52,273 nt of DNA from assembly GCF_004010195.1 (NCBI RefSeq), contig NC_057718.1, forward strand, positions 102,570,231 through 102,622,503. Direction: 5' to 3'. Made by a program: the position numbers and the translations under genes. Every line of letters starts with the position of its first letter. Positions within the stretch are counted from its first letter, which is position 1. Below are positions 50,671 through 52,273 of the stretch, in pieces. The DNA is from Chiloscyllium plagiosum. Lineage: Eukaryota. The notes below the pieces were generated by a model. The model worked only from the letters and a program-made list of their open reading frames with translations, did no database searches and was not told the DNA's origin.

Positions 50671-51182
50671 TTGAGTTGGATGGAGGCTTGCTCGCTGAAC
50701 TGGAAGGTTTGTTTTCTAACATTTTGTCACTATACTAGGTCACATCAGTGAGCCTCCAGTGAAGTGCTAGTGGATATCCCGCTTTCGATTTGTGTTTAGG
50801 TTTCTTTGGGTGGTTGATCTCATTTCTAGCCTTTTCCTCAGAGAAGGCAGATGGGGTCAAAAATTAATGTGCTTGTTGATAGAGTGCTGGCTGGATTGCC
50901 ATACTTCAAGGAATTCTTGTGTGTGTGTGTTTGGTTTATCCCAGGATGGATGTGTTGTCTCAAAGTATGGATTTGGACCCGAATTACCTTGCTCTGAGAA
51001 AAAAGGACCAGAAATGACATCACCCACCCAAAGAAAATCTAAACACAAATAGAAAGCAGGACATAGCACTGACGACGTTACCTTATATGATGACAAAACA
51101 TTGGAAAACAAACATTCCAGCTCAGCGAGCAAACTTACATCGAGAACCTCAACCTGAGCTACAAATCTTCCCAAAAATCACT
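50671..51182. mobile_element. Penelope-like element with inverted pseudo-LTR, inserted into a CR1 3' remnant
   Basis: Inverted arms; - strand ORF tail QEFLEVWQSSQHSINKHINFDPI; direct repeat AATCTAT at 50664-50670 and 51183-51189; same family as 11928-12294. Confidence 0.8.
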
Positions 51183-51750
51183 AATCTATCACAACCTTAA
51201 ACATAAATAAGGACTCAGCCCCCACAGTTCTGTGACACGGAGTCCCAAGGACTCAAATCTCAAGAAATTCTTCCTTATCAGACACTAGGCCCTCTGGTCC
51301 TAAAAGTGAGTCAGTTATACTGCAAAGGACTGGAGTGCATTTATAAATAATTTACATTAGAAATCCTTTAACATTAAGAATTAGATTCTGGTCTTGAAAC
51401 CAAGGTGAGTGGTTTGGTTCTGGAATACATTGCTCAGATGTGACAGAAATTAATTCAACTGTGGCTTTCAAAACAGCACAGGATAATTACTTTAAGAAAT
51501 ATGGACGGCTACCGGGAAAAAGGTGAGGAACAACATGAGGTGTGCTGTTAAGATGGGCCAAATGGTCTGTTTCAGTGCTACCATTCTGTTATAGAAAAGC
51601 CTATCTATGCAAAACCAGGTTTATAGAAAGGAAATGGATCCATTCTAGCCCCTGCCCTGAACAAAACACCTAAATCAGGAGCTGGTACAGCCCTTCATGT
51701 CACTGACACATTTTATTTCCTTTTGTAAGTACAGATCCCAGTGTAATTAC

Positions 51751-51900
51751 CTTGATTTCAACATTTCTGGTTTTCAGGTTAAATCTCACTTGGAGCTGCA
51801 AGTGTTCAACAATTGGGGTGAAGATTTTCAACCAGTTTTCTTTCAAAGGTGTATATCTGTGTGCAGGTACAGCTACTTTGCGAATTTCATCCTTGCCATC
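51751..51900 (-). CDS. PNO1: PNO1 coding exon (exon 2 by human numbering; exon 1 outside the window)
   Basis: ttttcttttAG|GATGGC...ATCAAG|GTaatt; 150 nt; DGKDEIRKVAVPAHRYTPLKENWLKIFTPIVEHLQLQVRFNLKTRNVEIK. Confidence 0.97.
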
Positions 51901-52018
51901 CTAAAAGAAAAATGGATATCACTCAGGATTAATGTAAACTTAGAAAAGCACCATGTCATCCCTTTAATGGATCAGTAGAAAGACAATAAGATAGAGGAGC
52001 AGAATAAGAACATTTGGC

Positions 52019-52240
52019 CTATTGAGTTTGTTGTGCCATTTGATCACACCTGAGGCATTTCTCAACCACATTCTCCTGCCTACTGTCTGAAATCCTTGAC
52101 CCCTTAACAATCAAGAACAGTGGAGGCGTCTATTGAGTTTGTTGTGCCATTTGATCACACCTGAGGCATTTCTCAACCACATTCTCCTGCCTACTGTCTG
52201 AAATCCTTGACCCCTTAACAATCAAGAACAGTGGAGGCGT
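52019..52240. repeat. Perfect 111-bp tandem duplication
   Basis: 52019-52129 is identical to 52130-52240 (ctattgag...ggaggcgt), followed by a G-rich end. Confidence 0.92.
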
Positions 52241-52273
52241 GGGGGGGCGGGGAATTGGGGTTGGGGGGGGAGG

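Noticed and set aside
693..51978. Most short ORFs in the supplied track treated as independent genes
   Set aside because: They are TE remnants, antisense shadows of real exons (for example 28229-28450, 49936-50160, 51697-51978) or chance ORFs with no recognisable domain.
1..52273. CRISPR array, operon or other prokaryotic system
   Set aside because: No regularly spaced repeats or long ORFs; spliceosomal introns and vertebrate repeats show this is eukaryotic DNA.

Overview
Eukaryotic, AT-rich genomic DNA from a cartilaginous fish (inferred from HE1/V-SINE, CR1 LINE and Penelope repeats of the type common in sharks). Two convergent genes. PPP3R1 (calcineurin B) is on the + strand: four coding exons at 28255-28431, 37461-37520, 38517-38701 and 41020-41067, plus a repeat-free 3'UTR of about 1.9 kb. 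Its first two exons were not found and probably lie left of the window. PNO1 is on the - strand: six coding exons from 51900 down to 43536, with exon 1 beyond the right edge. The introns hold decayed CR1/L2-group LINEs, tRNA-derived SINEs, solo LTRs and several Penelope-like elements with inverted pseudo-LTRs, clean TSDs and minimal hammerhead ribozyme motifs. Most unusual: (i) a TSD-flanked Penelope fold-back element carrying an inverted copy of about 160 bp of locus-specific DNA from 1.1 kb upstream; (ii) a 65-bp inverted repeat pair whose perfectly matched core is a 12-6-12 dyad shaped like a tyrosine-recombinase site; (iii) a candidate in-frame 51-nt cassette exon that would break EF-hand 2 of calcineurin B. 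Repeat boundaries without a stated TSD are approximate. Family names and human comparisons come from recall, not from searches.
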